From an uncultured Gemmatimonadota bacterium (lineage in GTDB: Bacteria > JAAXHH01): 64,000 nt of DNA. The translations under genes and the position numbers were made by a program. The stretch is taken from assembly GCA_951812955.1 (NCBI GenBank), contig OX638340.1, positions 2,400,001 through 2,464,000 of the forward strand. Direction: 5' to 3'. Shown here one piece after another: positions 9,611-20,637 of this stretch (position 1 is the stretch's first letter; each line of letters begins with the position of its first letter). The notes below the pieces were generated by a model. It searched no databases. It was not told the DNA's origin and was given only the letters and a program-made list of their open reading frames with translations.

Positions 9611-11899
9611 TCAGGATGTATGTCCGTTGGCGCCGCTGTGCGGGTCGTTCCGGCCCCCGCCCACGGCCATGACGGCGGTGCTGGCACGCTGGGTTTCAAC
9701 CATTCGGTAGAAATGACCCTTCATGCCCAGCAGCTCCGCATGAGTGCCCGTCTCCACGATCCGTCCCGCGTCCAGCACCACCAGACGGTCCGCTCGGCGA
9801 AGGGTCGACAGCCGGTGGGCGATGGCAAAAGTCGTCCGGCCCTTCACGAGATTGGCGATGGCCTCCTGGATGAGCTTCTCCGTGTGGGTGTCCACCGAGG
9901 AGGTGGCCTCGTCCAGGATCAGGATGCGGGGATCGTGGATGATAGCCCGCGCGATGGCGATCCGCTGCTTTTCGCCGCCCGACAGTTCCTTGCCGTTCTC
10001 GCCGATCTGCGTATCGTATCCGTCGGGCTTCGCGCAGATGAAGTCGTGGGCGTTCGCCGTCCGCGCCGCCCGCATGATCTGCTCGAAGGAGGCGTCCGGA
10101 CTGCTGTACCGGATGTTCTCCGCGACGGATCCGCTGAAGAAGTAGGAGTCCTGCAACACCACGCCGATCTGCCTTCGAAGGTCCTTCAGGCTGATGTCCC
10201 GGATCGGCACGCCGTCGATCTTCAGGCCGCCGTCATCGATATCGTAAAACCGGCACAGCAGGTTGGTCATCGTCGTCTTGCCGGAACCGGACTTGCCTAC
10301 CAGACCGATCATCTCGCCCGGCTGCACGTGGAGGTTGATGTCGTGGAGTACGGGCTTGCCGGCCTCGTAAGCAAAGACCACGTCGCTGAATTTCACCTCG
10401 CCCTTTACGTCATTCATCTCTACCGGGACGTCCCGATCCTCGGTTTCCGCCGGCGTGTCTACGATCTCGAAGACCTTTTCCGCGCCGCTCATGGCACGGC
10501 TCGACCAGGTGTTCAGTTCGCCGAACCACCGAAGGGGCTCGTAGAGCATCCAGAGATAGGCGATGAACATCATGAGTGCGCCGAGGGTGAACGAGTCGTC
10601 GATTATGGCAGAACCCCCGTAGTACCAGACCAGGATCAGGCCAGACGAGGTAAGCATGCTGACCGTGCTGAAGAACACGGCCGCCTCCTTCTCGCTTTCG
10701 TAATCTCCCCGGAAGACGCCTTCGTTGCTGCTGCGGAACCGGCGCATCTCACGTTTTTCCTGGACGAAGGTCTTGACGACGCGCACGGAGGAGAGCATCT
10801 CGCCCGCGAGCCCTACGAGTTTGCCCCACCGGTAGTACTTCGTCCGGAAAGCCCGGATCAGCCGGATCCAGAAGAACCATCCTCCCGTTACGAGCAGAGG
10901 TATGGGAATGAGCACGAGAAGCGTGAGTTGCCAGCTGGTTATAAAAAGCAGGACCAGGATGCCCACCATGAGCAGGAGGTTGGTAATGATGTAGGGCACT
11001 CCGTCGACCAGGAACCACATCATGCTTTCCGTGTCGTTGGACACCCGCGAAATCAGGGATCCGACCTGGCGCTTGTTGTAGAATTTCATGCTCAGGCGGG
11101 AAAGGTTCTCGTACAGGTCTTCGCGGACGGACACGATCACGCGGCCGCCGAGCCATACGGAAAGCCGGTCCCTGAAGATCTCGAGGACGTAGGATCCCAG
11201 GCGGACGAACGCGAACGCGCCGATGAGGTAGTAGAGGAACGTCAAGGCGTCCTCGCGCGCGTCTACGTCCGCGACCAGGACGTCGTCGATGATGTAACGC
11301 ATAATGTAGGGCGGGCCGAGTTCCGCCAGGGTGAAGAGGAGCGACAGGAATACCATCATCGCGATGCGGCCCTTGAAGGGCAGGGCATACTTGGCGATCC
11401 GTCCCATCATCGCGAGCCGGTTGGTGCACGCCGAACAGATCCCGTTCGGCTCAGGCAGGAGGCGGTCGCATTTGCCGCACCTTGTCCGGTCTACTTCTCC
11501 CTGCATGTCGACCGGTTCGTCCTTGATGAGCTGGTCGATGCCCCGGGCGATCCGAGCGAACTTGGCGCGCTGGGTCGCGGTGTAGCGGAGGACCTCGATC
11601 TCTTCGTTTCCGATTACCACGTTGATTCGGCCCGAGCCTACCAGTTCCTCCACTGCGGCGCTTTTGGCGTCGGAAAACTCGATGGAAGCGTCCCCGTTTC
11701 CCATGCTTGCGCCGTTGGAATCGAACCGCATCAACCGCTGGTCCGTCACCACGAGCCAGCGTTCCTCGAACCGCAGTTCTTCCGTCAGGTCGGTCGCCGC
11801 CGCGATGCGGATGGTTTCCCCTTCCCGCAGCGCCTCCCGGCAACGGTCGGCCAGCGCGTCGGGCATCCGCTCTTCGTAGCTGGTTGTGCTATCCGTCAT
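9611..11899 (-). CDS. ABC exporter, fused permease/ATPase half-transporter with N-terminal PH-like domain and CxxC-x17-CxxC zinc ribbon
   Basis: 762 aa; Walker A GKSGSGKTT, ABC signature LSGGEKQRIAIARA, Walker B ILILDEATSS; 6-TM type-I exporter core; about 150-aa cytosolic N-terminal extension with CGKCDRLLPEPNGICSAC. Confidence 0.9.
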   Translation of the reverse strand: MTDSTTSYEERMPDALADRCREALREGETIRIAAATDLTEELRFEERWLVVTDQRLMRFDSNGASMGNGDASIEFSDAKSAAVEELVGSGRINVVIGNEEIEVLRYTATQRAKFARIARGIDQLIKDEPVDMQGEVDRTRCGKCDRLLPEPNGICSACTNRLAMMGRIAKYALPFKGRIAMMVFLSLLFTLAELGPPYIMRYIIDDVLVADVDAREDALTFLYYLIGAFAFVRLGSYVLEIFRDRLSVWLGGRVIVSVREDLYENLSRLSMKFYNKRQVGSLISRVSNDTESMMWFLVDGVPYIITNLLLMVGILVLLFITSWQLTLLVLIPIPLLVTGGWFFWIRLIRAFRTKYYRWGKLVGLAGEMLSSVRVVKTFVQEKREMRRFRSSNEGVFRGDYESEKEAAVFFSTVSMLTSSGLILVWYYGGSAIIDDSFTLGALMMFIAYLWMLYEPLRWFGELNTWSSRAMSGAEKVFEIVDTPAETEDRDVPVEMNDVKGEVKFSDVVFAYEAGKPVLHDINLHVQPGEMIGLVGKSGSGKTTMTNLLCRFYDIDDGGLKIDGVPIRDISLKDLRRQIGVVLQDSYFFSGSVAENIRYSSPDASFEQIMRAARTANAHDFICAKPDGYDTQIGENGKELSGGEKQRIAIARAIIHDPRILILDEATSSVDTHTEKLIQEAIANLVKGRTTFAIAHRLSTLRRADRLVVLDAGRIVETGTHAELLGMKGHFYRMVETQRASTAVMAVGGGRNDPHSGANGHTS

Positions 11900-12059
11900 G
11901 CCTCAGTGTCCTTGCCTATTCCGACGGCCGGCTTCGTTAAAGTCCTCACGGACCGGCCGGTTTTGATCAAACTTCGGTCAGGCCCCGGTCAAGCCTCACG
12001 GATCTTCCCGGCCGGCACGTGAGCGGTCAGGCCCCGGTCAAGCCTCGTTCAGGCCCTGG

Positions 12060-14324
12060 TCAGGCAACCTCCATGATCTCGGAGGTGGCTTTCTGCAGCC
12101 GCACCAGATGATGGAAATGACCGCGGTTTGCGATCAGTTCCTCGTGGGTGCCTTCCTCGACGACCTTTCCCTGCTCCAGCACCACGAGCCTGTCGGCGTC
12201 CCGCAGCGTGGAAAGGCGGTGGGCGATGGCGATCGTGGTGCGTCCCTTGATCAACCGGGCAATGGCTTCCTGGAGCTGTTTCTCCGTCTCGGCGTCCACC
12301 GAGGAGGTCGCCTCGTCCAGGATCAGGATGCGGGGGTCGTGGAGGATCGCCCGGGCGATCGAGACGCGCTGCTTCTCACCGCCCGACAGTCCGTTGCCCT
12401 TGTCCCCGAGTATCGTGTCGTATCCATCGGGCTTTGCGAGGATGAAGTTGTGGGCATTTGCCGCCCGGCCCGCCGCCATGATATCCTCAAAACTCGCGGC
12501 GGGTTTTCCATAGGCGATATTCTCCCGGATCGTCCCGTTGAAGAGGATCGGTTCCTGCAGGACGACGCCGATATGGCCACGCAGATCCTCGAGCCGGATG
12601 TCCCGCAGGTCCACGCCGTCCAGGGTGATCGAACCGTAATTGACATCGTAGAACCGGCAGATGAGATTGATGGTCGTACTCTTCCCGGCGCCCGACTTGC
12701 CAACCAGCCCGATCATCTCGCCGGGCCGGATCCGGAGATTGACGTCCCGGAGCACCGGAAGGGCTGCGTCATAGCCGAAGGTCACGTTATTGAATACGAT
12801 CTCGCCCTGCGTGCGCGGCATCGGCTTCGCGGTCCGGTCCTCATAATTCTCCGGTTCCATGTCGATGAGCTCGAATACCCGTTCGGCGGCGCTCATCGCC
12901 CGGGTCATCCAGCTGTTGACCCGGCCGAGCCACCGTAGCGGTCCGTAAAACATCTGCAGGTAGAAGTAGAACAACATCAGTTCGCCCGGGGTAAGTTCCT
13001 GGCCGAGCACCTGCCTGCCCCCCACCAGCCAGACCACGATGAAGCCCAGGAAGTTCAGCAGGCCCATGGTGGAGAAGTAGTAGATCCACTGCTTCTCGGT
13101 CCAGTATTCCAGGGCGAACATGTCCCGCGCGTTGCGCCTGAACCGGTCGACTTCCCTGTTTTCCTGTGCGAAGGCCTTGACGATGCGAATCCCCGAAAGG
13201 GACTCCTGGATGTGGGTGAAGAACCCTTCCCATTGGCGCCACATGCGTGTGTAATAGGACCGCAGTCTTCGGTACAGGACCCGGCCCCATATGACGATGA
13301 ACGGCACGGGAATGAGAATGTAAAGCGTGAGCACCCAGTTGGTATACAACAGCATACCGATGATCCCGAGCGTCGTCAGCCAGCGGAGGACGAGGAATGG
13401 CAGGCCGTCCACCAGGAAGCTGCGCACGTTCCGGGTGTCCCGCGTAACCCGCGAAAGCAGGCCGCCCGTCTTTTGCTTGTCGTGGAATCCCAGCGACAGG
13501 TATTCGACGTGGTGGTACACCTGGGCCCGGATATCCGCCACAACCCGGGCGCCTACCCAGGCCGTCAGCCAGCCGTTCGCCATCTCGCCCAGCCAGCGGA
13601 TGACAAGCAGTCCGGCCATGGCCGCGACGAACCAGAACAGAAGCTCCTTGTCCCCGTCCGGGAAGGCGTCGTCGATGATGAGCTGCGTGATCTTGGGCGG
13701 GAGGAGTTCCGCCACACTGAGTACCGCGAAGAGCCCCACCATGGTTATGGCCTTGGCCCGATGGGCGCCAAGGTAGGAGCAGATCCGCTTGAGCATGCCC
13801 CACTTGCTGACACAGGCCGGACACAGCCCGTCCTTCGTGGGCAGGCGACGGCCGCAAGTCTCGCAGACTACCCGCGGGAACTCGGTCTTGACCTGGAACG
13901 GCTTTTCCTCGATGTGCTGCTCGATACCGCGCTGCGCCTCGTTGAAGACGTCGACCCGGCTCTGGGAATACCGGATGAGCGGGATGGTGTCTTTGGCCGT
14001 GGAAACTTCCAGGCAGGAACCGCCGACCAGGGGTTCCACCGCCACCCTGGTCAGGTCCGCCAGCGGGACGGCGATGTCGTCGCCGGCGCCGTTGAGTTCC
14101 AGGGTCATGACGCGGCGGTCGGTTACGATGAGCCAGGAAGGCTCGAATCGGCCTTTCGCATCCATGTCCGATTCCAGGGTGATGCGGATTTCTTCGTTGG
14201 GTTCCAGAACGGGGTAGAGTTTTTTCTGAATCTGATCCGGCAGGGGATCGGCCAGGCGCATAGAACTTCCTTTGGGCCTATGCTGCGGGGAGTGGCTGCG
14301 TGCGGACTGAACGGAACCGTTCAT
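12060..14324 (-). CDS. ABC exporter half-transporter, paralogous partner with the same N-terminal PH-like plus zinc-ribbon extension
   Basis: 754 aa; GKSGAGKST, LSGGEKQRVSIARA, ILILDEATSS; N-terminal CETCGRRLPTKDGLCPAC; alternative start at about 14261 (MRLADPLPD). Confidence 0.9.
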   Translation of the reverse strand: MNGSVQSARSHSPQHRPKGSSMRLADPLPDQIQKKLYPVLEPNEEIRITLESDMDAKGRFEPSWLIVTDRRVMTLELNGAGDDIAVPLADLTRVAVEPLVGGSCLEVSTAKDTIPLIRYSQSRVDVFNEAQRGIEQHIEEKPFQVKTEFPRVVCETCGRRLPTKDGLCPACVSKWGMLKRICSYLGAHRAKAITMVGLFAVLSVAELLPPKITQLIIDDAFPDGDKELLFWFVAAMAGLLVIRWLGEMANGWLTAWVGARVVADIRAQVYHHVEYLSLGFHDKQKTGGLLSRVTRDTRNVRSFLVDGLPFLVLRWLTTLGIIGMLLYTNWVLTLYILIPVPFIVIWGRVLYRRLRSYYTRMWRQWEGFFTHIQESLSGIRIVKAFAQENREVDRFRRNARDMFALEYWTEKQWIYYFSTMGLLNFLGFIVVWLVGGRQVLGQELTPGELMLFYFYLQMFYGPLRWLGRVNSWMTRAMSAAERVFELIDMEPENYEDRTAKPMPRTQGEIVFNNVTFGYDAALPVLRDVNLRIRPGEMIGLVGKSGAGKSTTINLICRFYDVNYGSITLDGVDLRDIRLEDLRGHIGVVLQEPILFNGTIRENIAYGKPAASFEDIMAAGRAANAHNFILAKPDGYDTILGDKGNGLSGGEKQRVSIARAILHDPRILILDEATSSVDAETEKQLQEAIARLIKGRTTIAIAHRLSTLRDADRLVVLEQGKVVEEGTHEELIANRGHFHHLVRLQKATSEIMEVA

Positions 14325-14701
14325 ATATCAATAAAGTGGATGCACCCTTAAGCCATCATTGCCGCGAATGCCGTTGAAGCATTCATCGGGAGTGCGTTAA
14401 ACCCCCGTCCGAACCAGTTTGTGAAAGTACATTTTCGAGCACCAAAGTCAAGGAGAAGCTTCGGCATGAACGCGTTTATTTCCTGTATATTCCTTGATTT
14501 ACGTACGCCTCCGCTTACATTGCGTGAGGTCGTTCCGAACCTGAATTTTTACCGCATGTGATCGTCCCGAACCCGTATCCTTACCGTGTGTGGCCATTCG
14601 GTACCCGTATACCCACAACCTGAAATCACCCTGAACGCCAGATCTCATCCGAGTTCTCACGGGGCCGATCATTCCCCGGCCCTGTCACGACAGCCTGACT
14701 C

Positions 14702-15763
14702 ATGATGACCCCGCACCGATTGGAAAATCTGTTGTCCCGCTTCGCCGGACTGTCCGTCCTGGTCGTCGGCGACTTCTTCCTCGACAAGTACCTGGTCATC
14801 GATCCGGATCTCGATGAGCCGTCCCTGGAGACCGGGCTGCACGCGCACCAGATAGTGGACCGCCGGTGCATGCCAGGCGCAGCGGGTACGGTCACGTCCA
14901 ACCTGCACGCCCTGGGCGTCGGGAACATCCATGCCCTCGGCGTCACGGGCGACGACGGGGAAGGATACGAACTCAGGCAGGGGCTGGCGGCGATGGATGT
15001 GCGGCTGGAGGGACTGATCGTATCCCCGGAACGATTCACGCCCACCTACATCAAGCCCATGTACCGCGAGCAGGGCGTAGAGCGGGAATCGAACCGGATC
15101 GACCTGCAGAACCGGACGTCCACGCCGGGTGCGCTGGAAGACCGGATCATCGAAAACCTGCGAGACATGGCGCCCGTGATGGATGGGCTGGTCGTACTGG
15201 ACCAGGTGGGACAGCGCAACACCGGGGTCGTCACGGACCGGGTCCGGGAAGCGATCTGCGACCTGGGCAGGACCCAACCGGAAAAGGTCATCCTGGCGGA
15301 TTCCCGCGAACGCATCGGCGAGTTCCGTCATGTGATTCGCAAGGGGAACCGAAGCGAAATCCACCGTGCCGCGCCGGACAGGTCGGACAGGTCGGAAAGA
15401 ACGGGCAGAACGGACAGATCGCATGCGGCCGGATGGGGCCAGGCGCTTTTCGAACGCGGCCTGGACGCGGGCGAAGGAACTTACAGGCCGGTTTTCGTCA
15501 CCCTGGGCGAGGACGGCTTGCTAGTGATCGATGACGACGGCTGCCGTCATTTGCCGGGCATCACGGTTCCCGGGTCCGTGGACACGGTCGGTGCGGGAGA
15601 CAGCGTCACCGCCGGGATCGTTTCCGCGCTCGCCGCCGGCGCGACCCTTGACGAGGCTGGCTTGGTGGGAAACCTGGCGGCTTCCGTCACCGTCCGGCAA
15701 CTTGGGGTCACCGGAACGGCGTCGCCGGGGCAGCTGTTGGAAGCTTTGAAAGCGCTAGGTTGA
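14702..15763 (+). CDS. PfkB-family carbohydrate kinase (RfaE/HldE kinase-domain-like)
   Basis: N-terminal LSVLVVGDFFLDKYL and C-terminal PfkB signature DTVGAGDSVTAGIV; contains a low-complexity insert RSDRSERTGRTDRS encoded by short DNA repeats. Confidence 0.75.
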   Translation: MMTPHRLENLLSRFAGLSVLVVGDFFLDKYLVIDPDLDEPSLETGLHAHQIVDRRCMPGAAGTVTSNLHALGVGNIHALGVTGDDGEGYELRQGLAAMDVRLEGLIVSPERFTPTYIKPMYREQGVERESNRIDLQNRTSTPGALEDRIIENLRDMAPVMDGLVVLDQVGQRNTGVVTDRVREAICDLGRTQPEKVILADSRERIGEFRHVIRKGNRSEIHRAAPDRSDRSERTGRTDRSHAAGWGQALFERGLDAGEGTYRPVFVTLGEDGLLVIDDDGCRHLPGITVPGSVDTVGAGDSVTAGIVSALAAGATLDEAGLVGNLAASVTVRQLGVTGTASPGQLLEALKALG

Positions 15764-15797
15764 AGGGGCGCCTGACAGGTTCCGAAGCGCAACATGA

Positions 15798-18700
15798 TTA
15801 CTTCGCTCCGGCCTTCTCACGCGTACGCCTGCCACTCAGATAGGCCTTCAGCTTCGGCGGAAAATCCCGCTTGACCAGTTCCTGCCGCAACGCCCACTTT
15901 TCTTCGTCCGACACCGGAGACGCCTCCCTGATATCACCGCCCTCCATGATCAGGATCGGTTCGCCGTCCCGGTAGAGGATCCGGTTGTTGGTGATGCCGG
16001 GAATGCGCCGCCCGGGCGTAATGATCCCGACCAGATTGAGCGGGTCGGCCGCGCTGATGGCGACGAGCGTGCCCTGCTTCTCCTTCCGCCGGATACTTCT
16101 CAAAAGGGTGACGGCCTCGCCCAGGGCGTACTGCTCGCCCCAGACGCCGTTCACGAACCGGCCGCCGCGGATCTCTCCCCTTGCTTCCATCCGCCTCAGT
16201 ACCCGTACCAGGTCCCTCCACGGCGGCGAGGTGTTTTCCCGTTCCGTGAGCCGCCTGAACACCACGCCGTACCTGGCCAGGGCGACGCGGGCATAGGCCT
16301 CGAGATCCTCCTCCGGGTTGCCGTCCTCCGGTGTCCTGGCAGTCAGCCCCCACCGTCCCGCCGTCGACAGGTCGAAGGGATTCCTGCGTTCCCGTCCCCG
16401 CCTGGACTCCCTGTGGCGCGTCGGCGCCAGCAGGGCCCTGAGCCCCGCGAAACTGTCGGAGGTCGCCATCCCCGCCGAGACCAGTTCCGCCACGGCTTCC
16501 TCGGCGTGGGTACGCAGGATCCCGGCCTGCGCGACGATGTCGTCGAAGAACACAGCGCCTTGCCGGGTCATGACGTCCAGTGCCGTCTTCGCGTAGGTGG
16601 ACAGCGAAAGATCCTCGTCGCCGGTCACGCCGCTCAGGGACATCCACAGCGACCGGTTCATGCGGTCCACGATGGCGATGGGCGTCGTTCGGATCGGGCC
16701 GGCCGTCTTCCCGTTCTCGCCGTTCGATTTATGGGGACGAAGCCGTCCCCACGCGTACTTGCCGGAAAGACACAGGTTGTCGAGCCAGACATAATCGTAG
16801 TCGGTAACGCGGGAAGGCAGGATCTCGCTCTCCCAGGCCGCGGCCGGCGCCTCCACGCCTTCGAGCATGCGCAGCACGGCGGTCACGGCGTCGGCCCCCT
16901 TCAACCGGGTGTCTGGCGCCAGGTGATGCCAGGTGAAAAGGAACTGCATGAAGTCGGCAGGTGAAACAGGCTGGATTTCGCGGCGCAGCTTCGTGATCGT
17001 GAAGCGATGGATCCGGGCGAGAAGCCGGCGCTCGCACCATTCCAGCCCGTCCGCGGCCGGCGAAAACTGTCCTCTGAAGACAAATCCCTCGTTCTCGAGC
17101 ACGGAAAGTGCCTTTTCGATCTTCCCGACCGGCAGATCAATGGAATCGGCCAAAGCAGCAGCCGTAACCGGGCCGAGTGTCTCCAGTCTTCCGCGCACCA
17201 GTTCCACCAGGGCGGATTCTTCCGTCGCGGATGCTCCACCCGCGGATGCTCCACCCGCGGGTTGAAAACTCTTTTCCAGGTTGCCCCTCACTTCGGCCGG
17301 GATTTCCTCCTCCGGCTCGAACCTTCCCTGCGGGTGCACCTGCTCGAAGTGAATGCGTCGCTCAAGGGGCGCCCACAATCGCCGGCCTCCACGGGTGATG
17401 AGCGTGGCGGCCCGGCGGTCGCCTTCCAGCTCGGCGTAGTAGTCCGTCCAACTCCCGTACTGATCCCCCTTCTTTCCCTCTTCCTCCGTCACGTACCCCG
17501 CGAGCACCAGAGCGTCGTGGAGTTCGTCGGGACTCCGCACCTCGGGCCAGGCGTCGCCGCGGACGGTGTCGATGGCCTCCGGGTCCAGGCGTCCCAGGTC
17601 CCCCGCTACGGCCGGGTCGAGCCAGCGGCGGTTCCGAACGGCGTTGGTCCGCCGCTCCTCGAGCGGCGCGTCGTCCAGGAAGGCGTACGGACGGGCGTTG
17701 AGAATCTCCTCCGCCATGGGCGAGGGCTCGCGGAGGTCCCGCGCGTGCACGTTCATTTCCCCTGCCTTCATCGTCTTCAGCACGGACTCCAGCGTCTCGA
17801 TGTCCATGGCCTCGTGCAGGCAGTCTTCGATGGTCTGGCTGACCAGGGGATGGTCCGGCACTTCCCGGTCTCCCGCGATATTCTCGAGGCACGCGATCTG
17901 GTCGGGGAAGATCTGGGCGATCAGGTCTTCGGACACGGACCGCTGTATCTGCGGCGGCACCCGGTCCCCGCCCCTGCGCCGCAACACGGCCAGGGCGATC
18001 GACGCGTTCCACCGCCAGCGCACCTCGAACATGGGCGCGTCGAGCAGGGCCTGGACCAGGACTTCGCGTACCGAAGCGGCGTTGAGGTATTTGAAAACGT
18101 CGTCGAGGGGAAAGCTGTGGGTGGCGCCCAGGGACAAAATGATGGCATCCTCGTTCGCCGCGGCCTGCAGCTCGAAGTTGAACGTGCGGCAGAACCGCTT
18201 GCGCAGGGCAAGGCCCCATGCCCGGTTTACCCGGCTGCCGAAGGGACTGTGGAGCACGAGGTGCATGTCGCCGGCCTCGTCGAAAAACCGCTCGGCCACC
18301 AGGTCCTTCTGGGAGGGTATCACGCCGAGTGCAGCCTTGGCAGTGCCCAGGTACTCCGCGATCTGCGTCGCCGCCACGTGGGAGATGCCCGCGGACTCCA
18401 TCAGCCATTCCTCGGCCTCCCGCTTCCATTCCGCGTCGAGCTTTCTTCCGCTATCCCGTCCGTTTACGGCATCCGATCCGTCGTTGTTCAACGGTCCGTT
18501 TTCGGCGCCCGATCCGTCGTCAGTGTTCAGCGGTCCGTTTTCGGCGCCCGATCCGTCGTCAGTGTTCAGCGGTCCGTTCCCGATGTCCATCCGGCTCGCA
18601 ACTTCCTCTCTCAACCGCGACAGGGAAGCGGATAGTTCGGCCGTCCTCCCCGGCGCTTCGCCGAACCAGAAGGGCATCGTGGGCGGCATGCCCTGGGCGT

Positions 18701-20351
18701 CCTCCACCCGGATCTTGCCCTTCTCCACGCGCAGGATGCGCCACGAGTTGTTGCCCAGTTGCACGATGTCCCCGGCCGTGCTCTCGATGGCGAAGTCCTC
18801 GTTCAGCGTACCGATGAAAGTCTCCGTCGGCTCCATGATCACGTCGTAGTCGAACTGGTCCGGGATCGTTCCGCCCGACATCAGGGCGTTGATCCGGGCC
18901 CCTCCGCGGCCCTTGACCGCTCCGTTCATCAGGTCACGCTGGATGTAGGCGTGCTTGCGCCCACGACGCGGGGTATAGCCCTCGGACAACATGGCCACGA
19001 CGCCGTCGAATTCCTCCCGGGACAGGGCGCGGTAGGGATAGGCCTTCCGCACCAGGTGGTACAGGTCGTCCTCCTGGAAGTCGCAGTTGGCCACCTCCGC
19101 GATGATCTGCTGGGCCAGCACGTCCAGCGGCTTTTCGGGGATGATGATGCGGTCGAGTTCTCCCCGCCGCACCGAATCCATGATCGCGGCCGCCTCCACC
19201 AGTTCGTCGCGCGTCAGGGGGAACAGGCGCCCTCGCGGCGTGCCCGTGATCGTGTGGCCGGAGCGGCCCACGCGCTGGATGAGCGTCGCGATGGCCTTGG
19301 GCGAACCGATCTGGCACACCAGGTCGACCGACCCGATGTCGATCCCGAGTTCCAGGGAGGCCGTGGCCACGAGGGCCTTCAGCGTGCCGGCCTTGAGCCG
19401 CTGTTCGGCGTCGTGGCGATGCTCCTTCGACATGCTGCCGTGGTGGGAGGTGACGTTCTCCACGCCCAACCGGTCGCTCAGGTGGCGGGCCAGCCGTTCC
19501 GACATGCTCCGCGTCGTGACGAAGACCAGCGTGGTCTCGTGCCGGAGAATGAGCTCCTCTAGGCGTTCATACACCTCCTCCCACACTTCGTTGGACATGA
19601 CCGCGCCGAGCGGGGAGCGTGGCACCTCGATCTTGAGCTCGAGTTTCCGCCGATGGCCGGTGTTGAGGATCTTGCATCCCTCTCCCTTCGCGTAGCCCGC
19701 GCCGGTGAGGAAGTGGGCGATCCGGTCGATGGGTTTCTGTGTTGCCGATATGCCGATGCGCGTAAGTGGACCGGAGGTAAGCCGTTCCAGGCGCTCCACA
19801 GAAAGGGCCAGGTGCGATCCCCGTTTGTTGCCCACCAGCGCGTGGATTTCGTCGATGATGAGGGTGTGCACATTCGGCAGGATGCGCCGGCCCCCCGCGC
19901 TCGTGAGCAGCAGGTACAGGCTTTCCGGCGTCGTTACCAAAATGTGGGGCGGGTGCTTCGTCATGGCGGCGCGCTCGCTCGTGGGCGTATCGCCCGTGCG
20001 GACCGCCACGCGGATGGGCACGTCCGGCCTCTCGCGCTCCTTCAGGATCGCCCGGATGCCCTTCAGGGGGACCTGCAAGTTGGCGTGGATGTCGTTGCTG
20101 AGGGCCTTCAGGGGCGATACGTAGACGATCTGGGTGCCCTCGGGCAGCGAACCGTACTGGCCCTGTCGGACCAGGTCGTCGATGGAAGACAGGAAGGCGG
20201 CAAGCGTCTTGCCGGAACCTGTGGGTGCGGCGATCAGCGCGTGCTTCTGCTGCTTGATGACCGGCCAGGCACGCTTCTGGATGTCGGACGGTTCCGCGAA
20301 CCGTTCCTCGAACCAGGCAGCCACGGCGGGATGGAAGAGGTCGTTGGTCAT
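15798..20351 (-). CDS. lhr: large ATP-dependent helicase Lhr
   Basis: 1517 aa; N-terminus [14 protein letters not shown] (helicase motif I), DEIH (motif II), and length/architecture of Lhr; in-frame low-complexity insert. Confidence 0.9.
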   Translation of the reverse strand: MTNDLFHPAVAAWFEERFAEPSDIQKRAWPVIKQQKHALIAAPTGSGKTLAAFLSSIDDLVRQGQYGSLPEGTQIVYVSPLKALSNDIHANLQVPLKGIRAILKERERPDVPIRVAVRTGDTPTSERAAMTKHPPHILVTTPESLYLLLTSAGGRRILPNVHTLIIDEIHALVGNKRGSHLALSVERLERLTSGPLTRIGISATQKPIDRIAHFLTGAGYAKGEGCKILNTGHRRKLELKIEVPRSPLGAVMSNEVWEEVYERLEELILRHETTLVFVTTRSMSERLARHLSDRLGVENVTSHHGSMSKEHRHDAEQRLKAGTLKALVATASLELGIDIGSVDLVCQIGSPKAIATLIQRVGRSGHTITGTPRGRLFPLTRDELVEAAAIMDSVRRGELDRIIIPEKPLDVLAQQIIAEVANCDFQEDDLYHLVRKAYPYRALSREEFDGVVAMLSEGYTPRRGRKHAYIQRDLMNGAVKGRGGARINALMSGGTIPDQFDYDVIMEPTETFIGTLNEDFAIESTAGDIVQLGNNSWRILRVEKGKIRVEDAQGMPPTMPFWFGEAPGRTAELSASLSRLREEVASRMDIGNGPLNTDDGSGAENGPLNTDDGSGAENGPLNNDGSDAVNGRDSGRKLDAEWKREAEEWLMESAGISHVAATQIAEYLGTAKAALGVIPSQKDLVAERFFDEAGDMHLVLHSPFGSRVNRAWGLALRKRFCRTFNFELQAAANEDAIILSLGATHSFPLDDVFKYLNAASVREVLVQALLDAPMFEVRWRWNASIALAVLRRRGGDRVPPQIQRSVSEDLIAQIFPDQIACLENIAGDREVPDHPLVSQTIEDCLHEAMDIETLESVLKTMKAGEMNVHARDLREPSPMAEEILNARPYAFLDDAPLEERRTNAVRNRRWLDPAVAGDLGRLDPEAIDTVRGDAWPEVRSPDELHDALVLAGYVTEEEGKKGDQYGSWTDYYAELEGDRRAATLITRGGRRLWAPLERRIHFEQVHPQGRFEPEEEIPAEVRGNLEKSFQPAGGASAGGASATEESALVELVRGRLETLGPVTAAALADSIDLPVGKIEKALSVLENEGFVFRGQFSPAADGLEWCERRLLARIHRFTITKLRREIQPVSPADFMQFLFTWHHLAPDTRLKGADAVTAVLRMLEGVEAPAAAWESEILPSRVTDYDYVWLDNLCLSGKYAWGRLRPHKSNGENGKTAGPIRTTPIAIVDRMNRSLWMSLSGVTGDEDLSLSTYAKTALDVMTRQGAVFFDDIVAQAGILRTHAEEAVAELVSAGMATSDSFAGLRALLAPTRHRESRRGRERRNPFDLSTAGRWGLTARTPEDGNPEEDLEAYARVALARYGVVFRRLTERENTSPPWRDLVRVLRRMEARGEIRGGRFVNGVWGEQYALGEAVTLLRSIRRKEKQGTLVAISAADPLNLVGIITPGRRIPGITNNRILYRDGEPILIMEGGDIREASPVSDEEKWALRQELVKRDFPPKLKAYLSGRRTREKAGAK
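18470..18585. repeat. 39-bp in-frame tandem repeat (about 2.9 copies) inside lhr
   Basis: unit gatccgtcgtcagtgttcagcggtccgttttcggcgccc; encodes [13 protein letters not shown] three times on the minus strand. Confidence 0.85.
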
Positions 20352-20459
20352 GGGTCCAATTTAGATGATAATCAATTATTGTACGTTGATACTCGCTCTC
20401 AGTTCAATGGGTGATGGAAGACCATCAATTGTAGTGGTAGTTACCACGATATATTAAAG

Positions 20460-20624
20460 CTAAATCGAAATCCCGTAAACCAACATTACGGTACCGGCGA
20501 TAAGCGCGATTAGTCCCCTGTTCCGGGTGGTGAGTCCGATCCGTTCATACGTTCTGCCGCTGGCCCATACAAGCACGCCCGAGACGAACAGGTATATGCC
20601 GGCGGCGATCAATGCTACGCTCAT
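20460..20624 (-). CDS. possible small two-TM membrane peptide (hypothetical)
   Basis: internal Met of ORF 20460-20843 gives 54 aa with two hydrophobic helices (MSVALIAAGIYLFVSGVLVW...IALIAGTVMLVYGI); no homology recognised. Confidence 0.2.
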   Translation of the reverse strand: MSVALIAAGIYLFVSGVLVWASGRTYERIGLTTRNRGLIALIAGTVMLVYGISI

Positions 20625-20637
20625 AAATCCGCTCGAT

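Noticed and set aside
9620-12022. 800-aa ORF on the plus strand
   Set aside because: Entirely antisense to the ABC exporter gene with strong Walker/signature motifs. Arg/Gly/His-rich composition typical of a high-GC antisense artefact
14669-15424. 251-aa ORF on the minus strand
   Set aside because: Antisense to the PfkB kinase, which carries a clear DTVGAGD signature
17007-18849. 542-aa and 427-aa ORFs on the plus strand
   Set aside because: Antisense to lhr, with no motifs and GC-driven openness
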